From a bacterium (GTDB taxonomy: Bacteria > Oederibacteriota > PGYV01 > Palsa-1178), in NCBI GenBank assembly GCA_037138355.1, contig JBAXIL010000046.1, positions 1-11,105 of the forward strand: DNA of 11,105 nucleotides, read 5' to 3'. Made by a program: the position numbers and the translations under genes. The notes beneath the pieces are model-generated. The model ran no database searches. It saw only the letters and a program-made list of their open reading frames with translations, and was not told the origin of the DNA. Below are positions 1-7,655 of this stretch, piece after piece (position 1 is the stretch's first letter; every line of letters starts with the position of its first letter).

Positions 1-3
1 CAG

Positions 4-36
4 ACATAAGAGTTTGCATAAAGCAGATTCTTATGT
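4..36. repeat. 14-bp imperfect inverted repeat (hairpin) overlapping the transposase promoter
   Basis: ACATAAGAGTTTGC (4-17) pairs with GCAGATTCTTATGT (23-36): 12 Watson-Crick and 2 G-T pairs, with a 5-nt loop ATAAA. Confidence 0.75.
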
Positions 37-41
37 ATAAT
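14..41 (+). promoter_or_regulatory. sigma70-type promoter for orfA/transposase
   Basis: TTGCAT (14-19), 16-bp spacer, TATAAT (36-41). RBS-like GGAGA at 50-54 precedes ATG 62. Confidence 0.6.
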
Positions 42-61
42 TCCCTTATGGAGAGTGACAA

Positions 62-394
62 ATGACTGACAACATACAGAATACCAGCACCAAGAAAACC
101 AAGCTAACTCCGGAACAACTATTCGATGTTTATCAGGAGTGTTCCATGCCCAACGCCCCGGTAAAAGCCATTCTGGACAGATACGGTCTTAAGCCATGGC
201 ATCTTATTGCCTTGCGCAAGAGAATCAAACAGGCCGCCTTGTCAGAGTTGTCAAACCCATCTAAACCAGGCAAGAGAAAATCAATGGTACCGATTGAAAG
301 CCTTGCACAAACCGGCAAAGAACTTGAACAAGTAAAGGACGCACTTGCCGCTGTCGGACATGAACTTGCGTTGCTAAAAAAAAAGACGAGCTGA
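62..394 (+). CDS. IS OrfA, N-terminal DNA-binding (HTH-like) and coiled-coil part of the transposase
   Basis: 110 aa. HTH-like segment (VKAILDRYGLKPWHLIALRKR) and a heptad-like C-terminus ending in ...ELALLKKK, the usual position of the IS3 frameshift. Confidence 0.8.
   Translation: MTDNIQNTSTKKTKLTPEQLFDVYQECSMPNAPVKAILDRYGLKPWHLIALRKRIKQAALSELSNPSKPGKRKSMVPIESLAQTGKELEQVKDALAAVGHELALLKKKTS
376..385 (+). other. Programmed -1 ribosomal frameshift site (A9G)
   Basis: CTAAAAAAAAAGAC. The -1 frame is open from 376 (KKKDELSLKGPLKGHYPIQVRQIVVSAISEAVLSGFTQKRACLIF...) into the DDE ORF, giving a ~444-aa OrfAB fusion (62-1395). Confidence 0.8.
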
Positions 395-1395
395 GTCTCA
401 AAGGACCTTTAAAGGGCCACTATCCGATCCAAGTTAGACAAATAGTTGTTAGTGCTATCAGCGAAGCTGTTCTTTCCGGCTTCACGCAAAAAAGAGCTTG
501 TTTGATCTTTGACATAAAGGCCAGAAAATACAGACGCTGGGCTAATCCAAAAGAGAGAAGACCACGAACGGCATGTAATAAAATTTTGCCGTTTGAGAAA
601 ACCTCTATTATAAACTCTGCCTTTATTCCTGAAAATATAGGCAAGCCTTTGAGCCATATATTCGTATATGGTCATAATACAGGTGCTTTTTATGCTTCTC
701 TCTCGACGGTATACAGGTATTTAAAAGCCGAAGATCTTGTAAAATCGTTTGATCCAAAGAGACGTAAAAAAACAAATCATGTCTCGGCACATGACCTTCT
801 AGATGCAAAATTTTCACTCATAACCTATGACGGTTCATGTTTCAAGACTGATTCCGGAATAACTGTATGGTCTATTCCTGTTTTACTTTTACCTTGTCGG
901 TATTTGCTGCATATTGGTTCTTCCCTGCGTGGTGTAAAGTCAGCAGATCTACGCAAAGCAGTTGCTCAGGCCATCCTTGAGATACCGGATAGCTTTACTG
1001 ACAACTTAGTGGCGTTTTCAGATCGTGGCTCAGCGATGAAAGCTAAAAAGACAATAGAATTTTTGGAAGGCACCCTAAAAATTCCAGTATGTTACGGCCG
1101 GCCGAACACACCGGACGATGAACCTTGGATTGAGTCATTGAATAAAAATTCAAAATATCACAGGGATGCCCCGTCAAGTTTTGCGACAGTTGCCGATGTT
1201 TTGGACTGGTTACAAGAATTTAGATTAACATACAATAACGATCCTCATAGCGGAATAAACTATGTGACACCGACTGAGGCGTTTGCGGGAAAGATGGAGG
1301 TGATTCTAAACCAAAGAAAGAACAACCTGATTGCCGCAAGCAAAATGCGGTTGGAGGCTTTCAGAGCTTCCAAGCTTCAAGTAGTGATTAGTTGA
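376..1395 (+). CDS. IS OrfB, DDE/rve integrase-core transposase (ORF track start at 502 is too short)
   Basis: Catalytic triad motifs ITYDGS, FSDRGSAM and PDDEPWIESLNKNSKY. C-terminal YNNDPHSGINYVTP motif typical of IS3/IS481-type transposases. Confidence 0.9.
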   Translation, partial: KKKDELSLKGPLKGHYPIQVRQIVVSAISEAVLSGFTQKRACLIFDIKARKYRRWANPKERRPRTACNKILPFEKTSIINSAFIPENIGKPLSHIFVYGHNTGAFYASLSTVYRYLKAEDLVKSFDPKRRKKTNHVSAHDLLDAKFSLITYDGSCFKTDSGITVWSIPVLLLPCRYLLHIGSSLRGVKSADLRKAVAQAILEIPDSFTDNLVAFSDRGSAMKAKKTIEFLEGTLKIPVCYGRPNTPDDEPWIESLNKNSKYHRDAPSSFATVADVLDWLQEFRLTYNNDPHSGINYVTPTEAFAGKMEVILNQRKNNLIAASKMRLEAFRASKLQVVIS

Positions 1396-1427
1396 CGGTT
1401 TGAGGTCAAATAAGCTGAAAAACTCCG

Positions 1428-1926
1428 CGTGTACCGGACCTTTTACTTTGTCCACAGTACCACATATAATTTTTATCGTAGCACCAGATTTTGTTTTTAC
1501 TTGAGGAATATCATTTGCTTTAACGCCTCTGTATTTTGGATTGCACATTTTATCCGCTTTAGAGAGATTTGCCCAGAGCTGAAACCCACCCATGTGTTTG
1601 TTTTTCGCTGGTTGTGGCATTTCCTGATGTATTATCCCGCTTCCCGCCGTCATCCACTGCACATCTCCGCTGCCGATTGTGCCTTTATTACCAAGCGAAT
1701 CACTATGTTCTACCGTGCCTTCAAGTATATAAGTAATAGTTTCTATGCCTCTGTGTGGATGCCATGGGAAACCTGCGATATAATCTTGTTCTTTGTCCCC
1801 GCGGAAATCATCAAGAAGTAGAAATGGATCAGTAAGTGAAGTCTCTTGGAAACCAAAAGCGCGTTTGAGTTTGACACCTGCTCCTTCAAGAGTAGGGCGA
1901 CTTACAGATTTGTGAAGTAGTTTCAT
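1428..1926 (-). pseudogene. Pirin-family protein truncated by the IS (native ~166 codons; the ORF reads on into the IS to 1306)
   Basis: Pirin motifs EGAGV, DPFLLLDDF, GFPWHPHRGIETITY, GDVQWMTAGSGIIHQEMP and FQLWANL. Similarity ends at ...VKGPVH, so the C-terminal cupin domain is missing. Confidence 0.9.
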
Positions 1927-2025
1927 ATTTCCCCTTTTTTAGTGATGGTAATATGTCTTGGATAAAACCTTGATTTTTTTCTAAATAATCTGTTTATAAA
2001 GCGCCCCATTTGTGATTAGGTTTTC

Positions 2026-2054
2026 ACTATACGCCTGGCTAAAGTACTTGTCAA
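2026..2054 (-). promoter_or_regulatory. sigma70 promoter for pirin
   Basis: Minus strand TTGACA (2054-2049), 17-bp spacer, TATAGT (2031-2026). Confidence 0.75.
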
Positions 2055-2071
2055 TGTTTTGTTTTTTTTAA

Positions 2072-3010
2072 TCATTTTCTATTTTTTCGCTTTACTTCAT
2101 AGAGCATTTCCATGATAGCCCTACCTGGAACACCTACTTCTGGAGTTTTTGATGCAGCAAATTCAGCTGCATAATCGTATATTTCTTCTGTTACTTTTGT
2201 CCCGAGATCTAAAATCTTTTTTACATTTTCTGTTTTGCCTGAAGCTATTGCCCACCTAAGTACCTCTTCTGGACTTTTTTCTGACTCTGTTATCATTTCC
2301 TCTGTTTTTTGTATATTCAGTTTAATCGCTTCTTTTGCAGGTTTACCTGTAATACTCATGGCTGTTTTTAATAATTGTACTATCTTGGTATGTCCTCTTT
2401 GTTCTGCCATATCCAGAGCTGTTTTATCTGCTGCATCATTTGTTTCTATTTTTTCACTGTTTCCTAATAATGGATGAACCCTATTGGCAGGAATTATTCT
2501 GGAGTTTCCTTTACCATGTAAAAGAACTCCACTATCAATAAGAAGTTTAACCGCATCATAGTGCCCGTTTTTAGCAGCTGATATAAGCGGAGTATTGCCT
2601 TTAACATTTTTCGCATTAAGATCTGCCTCTTTGGCTATCAGCAACTTCATGCACTCCAAGTTTCCGATAAAAGACGCCTCTATCAAAGCCGTGTTGTCGT
2701 TATAACCCCTTATGTCCACTGCCACATTTTTATCAAGTAACAATTTTAAAATCTCTGCTTGATTTCTCATCCCTGACAAGGCAGTTAATGTCAGGTGATT
2801 GTGATGTTGAGTATAAAGCTGACCAGCATCGGCACCTTTTGCAAGTAGCATTTTTACAATGCTCACACTCCCACCCTCGCATGCGTAAGACAGCAAAGGA
2901 TAACCATATTCATCGAGCTCGTTAATGTCTTTGATACCTTTTACAATCTCTTTCATTACAGCTGTGTCGTCGTTCAGTATTGCTTGTTTTAACTTTTCAT
3001 AATCCATCAT
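2072..3010 (-). CDS. Ankyrin-repeat protein (312 aa)
   Basis: Repeats GYPLLSYAC..G..SIVKMLLAKGAD, NTALIEASFIGNLECMKLLIAKEADLN, GNTPLISAAKNGHYDAVKLLI and KTALDMAEQRGHTKIVQLL. Start moved to ATG 3010 because of an AGGAGG RBS; the 3154 start overlaps the upstream gene. Confidence 0.92.
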   Translation of the reverse strand: MMDYEKLKQAILNDDTAVMKEIVKGIKDINELDEYGYPLLSYACEGGSVSIVKMLLAKGADAGQLYTQHHNHLTLTALSGMRNQAEILKLLLDKNVAVDIRGYNDNTALIEASFIGNLECMKLLIAKEADLNAKNVKGNTPLISAAKNGHYDAVKLLIDSGVLLHGKGNSRIIPANRVHPLLGNSEKIETNDAADKTALDMAEQRGHTKIVQLLKTAMSITGKPAKEAIKLNIQKTEEMITESEKSPEEVLRWAIASGKTENVKKILDLGTKVTEEIYDYAAEFAASKTPEVGVPGRAIMEMLYEVKRKNRK

Positions 3011-3062
3011 GTCAACCCTCCTATTTTTTATTTTCAATCTTTTAAATTTTTCTCTCCCTATG

Positions 3063-3719
3063 TTATGCGACCCTTGTTCTTTTAAAGACCTTTTCTTCTG
3101 TGTCGTAAATATAAACACACGCATTAGGATTGTCGTCTCTGGATTCCCCAACACTTCCTACATTGATTAAATATCTATAGCCAGCTTCTATGCGTATCTC
3201 GTCTCCGCTTAATTCTTCGAAGCATTTATTTTTTTTGTCATACCTGTACGCAGTTGGCATATGCGTATGTCCCATCAAACAAACCTTTTCTTTAAATGCC
3301 TTAAAAGCTTCTACAACATCTCTTTCACTTAATACATAATGAAACTCTTCTGGTTTATATGGTGAGCCATGTGTAAGCCTCATAGAGTAATCATCCAGCA
3401 CCAGCTCTGTAGGTAATTTCTTTATAAAACTGATATTATCCTTTTTTAGTATTTTCTTTTGACTATATATCGCATTTCTGGCTCTGTGTGTATAATTTCC
3501 CATGTCTAATAGTCCTAATGCCATGTCTTCGTGATTGCCTTTGACACTCACTACCTTTGCTTCTCGCAAGGCGTCCAGACACTCATTTGGTTGATAATTA
3601 TAGCCAATAGTGTCACCTGTGCAGTAAATCTGTTTTGCGTTTTCTTTGCTGATAAAGTCAAGAACGGTCTTGAGTGCCTCGAAGTTACTGTGAATGTCTG
3701 AGATGAATGCTAATTTCAT
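3063..3719 (-). CDS. Calcineurin-like metallophosphoesterase (YfcE/MJ0936/PPP-like)
   Basis: Motifs DIHSN, GD, GNHE, HGSP, GHTH and NVGSVG. AAGGAG RBS. Confidence 0.93.
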   Translation of the reverse strand: MKLAFISDIHSNFEALKTVLDFISKENAKQIYCTGDTIGYNYQPNECLDALREAKVVSVKGNHEDMALGLLDMGNYTHRARNAIYSQKKILKKDNISFIKKLPTELVLDDYSMRLTHGSPYKPEEFHYVLSERDVVEAFKAFKEKVCLMGHTHMPTAYRYDKKNKCFEELSGDEIRIEAGYRYLINVGSVGESRDDNPNACVYIYDTEEKVFKRTRVA

Positions 3720-3763
3720 ATAAGTCTCCTTTTTTTATTTATTTAACTTCCTATATTATAATA

Positions 3764-3779
3764 AGCAATTTGCATGCCA
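3764..3779 (-). promoter_or_regulatory. sigma54 (-24/-12) promoter
   Basis: Minus strand TGGCATGCAAATTGCT has exact GG-N10-GC spacing and lies ~45 bp upstream of ATG 3719. Confidence 0.75.
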
Positions 3780-3829
3780 TAGAAAAAGCTCGAAAATGCT
3801 AGTAAAAAATGGGGTATTTGGAGTTTAGC

Positions 3830-3844
3830 TATCAATTATTGACA
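3830..3844. promoter_or_regulatory. Candidate enhancer (UAS) palindrome for a sigma54 activator
   Basis: TATCAATTATTGACA. The core TCAA-N3-TTGA begins 53 bp from the -24 box; a matching site is at 10425-10439. Confidence 0.5.
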
Positions 3845-3915
3845 AGGAATAGGCAAATTTAGTGAAGTTGTATAAAATAGCGAAAGTTAGTATTCAGAAA
3901 TTGATATATAACTTT

Positions 3916-4596
3916 TTACATCAAAAACTTGGCTAATTCTATCTCATTTATGCTTTCCAAATTTTTAATTATTGTTTTTTGCCATTTAAGCGGCATTGAT
4001 GTAAATATGTTTTTTAACTTACTTTCATTTTTATTATCAACAAGGGCTTTAAATATTGCTAAAGCCTCACCAATATCTTTATCTTGCTTGTCTTTTTTTA
4101 ACCTTCTTTTAAATATAATAAACTTATGCAGTACATATGCAGCAGGATGTGGCAGTTTAATGGTCAATTCTTCAAATTTTACATTTATGGTATTATCCAA
4201 AAGAAAACTTAAATATCGTAATGGCTGGGCATTTATTCCCAATTGCGACACAGTATATGGCATGTCAGTCCCTTTTCCTATTTCAGGTACAAGAAATTCA
4301 ATTATCAAATCAGGATGTATAAAACGCATATAGCCTTCTTTACCAACAAACTCCGTTATAAAACCAAGATCTTTAATCAATGCTGGGATATTCACCTTTT
4401 TCGCAAACACTGTCCTGCGCTGCAAGGCAAAATCAATATCTCTTGTTCTTATGTTTGCAATATATTTTGTTGATATAAAATATTTTTCATAAAATAACAT
4501 AGTCCAACTTCCTACAAGTGTTATTTTTTCAAGTACTCTTGCTTGTTTTAAGCGCCGTAATATCTTTAAACAAAGTTCATATTGATTCTTTTCCAC
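3916..4596 (-). CDS. Nucleotidyltransferase-fold protein (GSU2403/NTP_transf_8-like), putative toxin
   Basis: Pol-beta-type motif LVGSW...RTRDIDF, IIEFL third acidic strand, and C-terminal HKFIIFKRR..DKQDKD. GTG start with GGAG RBS, overlapping the upstream ORF by 20 nt. Confidence 0.8.
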   Translation of the reverse strand: MEKNQYELCLKILRRLKQARVLEKITLVGSWTMLFYEKYFISTKYIANIRTRDIDFALQRRTVFAKKVNIPALIKDLGFITEFVGKEGYMRFIHPDLIIEFLVPEIGKGTDMPYTVSQLGINAQPLRYLSFLLDNTINVKFEELTIKLPHPAAYVLHKFIIFKRRLKKDKQDKDIGEALAIFKALVDNKNESKLKNIFTSMPLKWQKTIIKNLESINEIELAKFLM

Positions 4597-4894
4597 GCAA
4601 AACTCCCTTAAGATATTTTATCTGTTTTTTTACTTTAGAAAGAAGATTTCTATATTTTTTCCGCATTATTTTGGCATTTTCATATTTCTTTATTTCCTTT
4701 GCTGATGGATTTCCTTTATATATATTTTTTACTTTGTCTTTCACCCTTACTTTTAAGTAATAATATACTTTCTTTCTTCTCTTTACTGGATAAAGTGCAC
4801 CTACAGGCAGCTCCCGCAGGGCTTTATCATAGCTTTTTTTCATTTTAAGTGAATTATTTAGTTCTTCTTTTAGTACGCCTTTTATCACACCCAT
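4577..4894 (-). CDS. Small basic protein, putative DNA-binding antitoxin/partner of the nucleotidyltransferase
   Basis: 105 aa and very Lys/Arg-rich. LPVGAL..VKRRKKVYYYLKVR..DKVKNIYKG beta-rich core flanked by helices. AGGAGG RBS; translationally coupled to the NTase. Confidence 0.7.
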   Translation of the reverse strand: MGVIKGVLKEELNNSLKMKKSYDKALRELPVGALYPVKRRKKVYYYLKVRVKDKVKNIYKGNPSAKEIKKYENAKIMRKKYRNLLSKVKKQIKYLKGVLRGKESI

Positions 4895-4906
4895 AAAAAC
4901 CTCCTA

Positions 4907-4944
4907 TGTTCTACAATATTGATAATAGTATATATTGTAGAGCA
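4907..4944. promoter_or_regulatory. Inverted-repeat operator flanking the -10 box
   Basis: TGTTCTACAATAT (4907-4919) and ATATTGTAGAGCA (4932-4944) match at 12/13 positions, with a 12-bp spacer. Confidence 0.75.
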
Positions 4945-4955
4945 ACAGGTGTCAA
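4927..4955 (-). promoter_or_regulatory. Near-consensus sigma70 promoter of the NTase module
   Basis: Minus strand TTGACA (4955-4950), 17-bp spacer, TATACT (4932-4927). Confidence 0.8.
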
Positions 4956-4991
4956 TAGAGAACAAATCTTTTCATTAAGCTATTTCCATAA

Positions 4992-5762
4992 CTAAACCGC
5001 TACGCTCGCTTGCGTTTCTAATAGTGACTTTAAATAACTTTTAAGCATAACACTCGGGGTGAGTTGATGTGCCATAAGACCTGCCTTATTTTTTTTCCTT
5101 ATATCTGCCCCACGCTTAATCAGCGCTTTTGCTATTTTTATTAGTCTTTCTTCTTCAATTCCAAAAACTTCCTCTTCAAAAACTAATTCTCCATTTTCAT
5201 TTAACAATAAATCAAAAGGCGTTTTTATTTTTGGAATATATTTTCTCGTCGCTAAGTACATAAGAGGAGTAAAACCATTACTATCTACAGCATTTGGATC
5301 TGCTTTTTTAGATAAAATATTTTTCACTTGTGCCACATACCCTATATGACACGATACCATAAGTAGAGTTTTATTATCTGTCTTGTGGTGTAACCAACCG
5401 CTATCATATAGACCTCCCATATCATCATAACGCGCATCAATGTCAGTAATTAAGTTAAGCAACAGTTTGAAAGGCAAACCGGCAATCATTTCTATAGACT
5501 TATATATAGGACTGGCACCTCTGCTATCTCTCCTGTTTATATCGTAGCCCATATTAATCAGTTCCTGCAGATAATTAATATTAGCATTAGTCATAGCAAA
5601 TGTCAGTGCATCACTTTCCCCAACCATAGCTTCATAAAGGTTAGCCCCTGCTCTTGCAAGCTTTGCCGCATGACAAAAGTCACCTATACGAAAAGCATTT
5701 GCAAATTCTTTATTTATAAATTGAGACGCTTTTTTTTCTTCAGTTTCCATGCTCTTCTCCAT
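4992..5762 (-). CDS. Ankyrin-repeat protein with loop insertions (start possibly ATG 5750)
   Basis: Repeats GYDINRRDSRGASPIYKSI, KTLLMVSCHIGYVAQVKNILSKKADPNAVDSNGFTPLMYLA and ALIKRGADIRKKNKAG. GGAG lies 6 nt before ATG 5750. Confidence 0.88.
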   Translation of the reverse strand: MEKSMETEEKKASQFINKEFANAFRIGDFCHAAKLARAGANLYEAMVGESDALTFAMTNANINYLQELINMGYDINRRDSRGASPIYKSIEMIAGLPFKLLLNLITDIDARYDDMGGLYDSGWLHHKTDNKTLLMVSCHIGYVAQVKNILSKKADPNAVDSNGFTPLMYLATRKYIPKIKTPFDLLLNENGELVFEEEVFGIEEERLIKIAKALIKRGADIRKKNKAGLMAHQLTPSVMLKSYLKSLLETQASVAV

Positions 5763-5771
5763 AATGCTGTT

Positions 5772-6350
5772 TTATTTTTGTGTTGCATTAGCCGTAAGCA
5801 TATCTTTTATTTCTTGATTACCTGCCAAGTCATAAGCTGTTTTGCCATCTTTGGCTTTTAAGTTTTTATCAGTTCCATAATCCAAAAGTAGCTTTACAGT
5901 TTTATCTTGATTATCTGATGCGGCTGCCATAAGTGGCGTCATGCCTTCACTAAAATAATTAGGATCAAAACCTTTTTTTAGCAGGTCTTCTGAAATCTTT
6001 AACGAACCAAAAAACATACTAAAAAAGAAACTTTCTTTTAATTTCAAATCTTTATTATCAATCTTAGCCCCTGCTTTTGTAAGCAAATCATAAATTTCAT
6101 AATTTCCTATCATAGTAGCATACGATAAAGGTGATATGCCTATACTGGTTTTTACATCTGTTTTAGCACCAGCTTTGATTAAGGTCTTTACAATTTCTGG
6201 TTTTGCAGTAATACATGCCGCCAACAATGGGACTTCTCCTGATTTATCAGGGCTGTTTACATCTGCGCCAGCTTCAATCAGCATTTTCACATTTGTTTCT
6301 TTTCCGAGTTTTATTCCTTGCATTAGTTCTTCGTTCAATAGAATACCCAT
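5772..6350 (-). CDS. Ankyrin-repeat protein (192 aa, ~5 repeats)
   Basis: LIEAGADVNSPDKSGEVPLLAAC, GISPLSYAT, GMTPLMAAASDNQDKTVKLLLDYG and DGKTAYDLA. GGAGG RBS. Confidence 0.93.
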   Translation of the reverse strand: MGILLNEELMQGIKLGKETNVKMLIEAGADVNSPDKSGEVPLLAACITAKPEIVKTLIKAGAKTDVKTSIGISPLSYATMIGNYEIYDLLTKAGAKIDNKDLKLKESFFFSMFFGSLKISEDLLKKGFDPNYFSEGMTPLMAAASDNQDKTVKLLLDYGTDKNLKAKDGKTAYDLAGNQEIKDMLTANATQK

Positions 6351-6404
6351 GAGCTTCTTCCTCCGATAATTTAGAACATTTTTTTACTTTTTATATTACG
6401 GCCT

Positions 6405-7601
6405 TTATCGGCCGATTATTTTAATATTTTTGCACTTTTCTATTTCTATACCACAAGTCAAAATCAGTATTTCTGCTTTTGTCATTTTTACTAAAGGTGC
6501 TATGTAACCGTCTGTCAAACATACAAAGTTCAGTTTTGTATGCCTATTCTTTCTTTCTATGTCTAACCATCTTGTAATCACTGGATTTAAATCTGTTCCA
6601 CCATAGGCTTTAATCGTCTGCGGGAGCTTATCACCTTTTTTCACTATATGAAGTATCGCAGTATCAAAAAATACTACTTCTTCAAACTCTGGCAGTGCCG
6701 TAATATATGATAAAAACTTTTCCGTAAAGGTTAGTGTTGACCCTGAGACATCCACTGCCGCATATACTTTATATGCTGGATTTTTTTTGCGAGGAAAGAA
6801 CGAATCAGGACTTTTAAGTCGGCGGTTTCTCCGAGAAAAATCATAATCTCTTCTTTCAAATATTTTGCGAAGTACTTGTTCAAATGGAAAATATATTCCA
6901 ATTATGCGCTGTAGATTTTTTAGAAAGTCTCCTTCATTATACCCAGGTCCGCTTGAGTCCTTATAGTCTGTTAAAGCTGCTCTTATTTTTTCTGCAAGTC
7001 GTGGCTCTATACTTTCATCTGTAAACTCTCCGCCATAGCGTCTACTTTCTATTCTAAAACCATCTTTCATTTCCATAATTATTCTATAACCATCATATTT
7101 GACTTTTACTATTTTACTAACTATCAGATTATACAATTCATCTGCTGTAATTATATTTATATCCGCTTCGTCTTTTACTTTCATCCTCTTTAGTGTTTTA
7201 AAAGAAAGTGCATCTGCTGGTATTTTTATACCAAAGTTTGCCTGAAGCAATTCGTTTATAATCATATCTGTGGCTATGTTCCATATCGTTTTTTCTCTCA
7301 TATCTGATCTGGAATGAGAAGCTAAAATCAAATGAGATGCCTCGTGAAGTAAAACAAATATTTTATGTTCAATAGATAATGACTTCATAAACTTTTTATT
7401 GTAGCAAATAGCCGCCTCGCTATCACGCATGGTAACCGCTATAGTACCTATACTTTCATTTTCGTATTTTCTTAGCATAACTAAAATACTGCCGAACATA
7501 CGATATTTACGATTTATTAACAATAAATCAACTGGTATAAGTTCTTCTGTAGTATCTACCAAGTCTTCATTGTTTGTTAATTGGGTGTTTGGATTTTCCA
7601 T
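6405..7601 (-). CDS. HExxH putative metallopeptidase plus vWA-domain protein (DUF2201_N/DUF2201-like)
   Basis: LLHEASH and WNIATDMIIN in the N-terminal domain. MIDAS elements DVSGS, YGGTD and LTDG in the C-terminal vWA domain. Confidence 0.88.
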   Translation of the reverse strand: MENPNTQLTNNEDLVDTTEELIPVDLLLINRKYRMFGSILVMLRKYENESIGTIAVTMRDSEAAICYNKKFMKSLSIEHKIFVLLHEASHLILASHSRSDMREKTIWNIATDMIINELLQANFGIKIPADALSFKTLKRMKVKDEADINIITADELYNLIVSKIVKVKYDGYRIIMEMKDGFRIESRRYGGEFTDESIEPRLAEKIRAALTDYKDSSGPGYNEGDFLKNLQRIIGIYFPFEQVLRKIFERRDYDFSRRNRRLKSPDSFFPRKKNPAYKVYAAVDVSGSTLTFTEKFLSYITALPEFEEVVFFDTAILHIVKKGDKLPQTIKAYGGTDLNPVITRWLDIERKNRHTKLNFVCLTDGYIAPLVKMTKAEILILTCGIEIEKCKNIKIIGR

Positions 7602-7655
7602 AAAAGCTCCTTAGCTCCGTACATTTATTATATTTTCGTAACTTAAAATATTTTT

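Larger units (their letters stand above)
1..1427 (+). mobile_element. IS3-family-like insertion sequence (orfA/orfB, DDE transposase); left end at or beyond the window edge
   Basis: A short orfA is followed by a DDE integrase-core orfB in the -1 frame, with an A9G slippery run between them. The right boundary is inferred from where pirin similarity stops on the opposite strand (~1427-1431). No left terminal IR is recognisable in the window. Confidence 0.85.

Noticed and set aside
133..817. Minus-strand ORFs 133-318, 409-675, 420-644 and 623-817
   Set aside because: They are antisense to the transposase with no recognisable motifs, so they are treated as shadow ORFs.
3011..3154. 48-aa N-terminal extension of the 2072 ankyrin ORF
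   Set aside because: It overlaps the phosphoesterase 3' end and has no ankyrin character. A strong AGGAGG RBS supports ATG 3010.
3830..3844. TTGACA at 3839-3844 as an antisense sigma70 -35 box, or TATCAA as an IHF site
   Set aside because: There is no -10 box at 16-18 bp, and the IHF TTR element is mismatched. The positional match to 10425-10439 favours a shared palindromic site.
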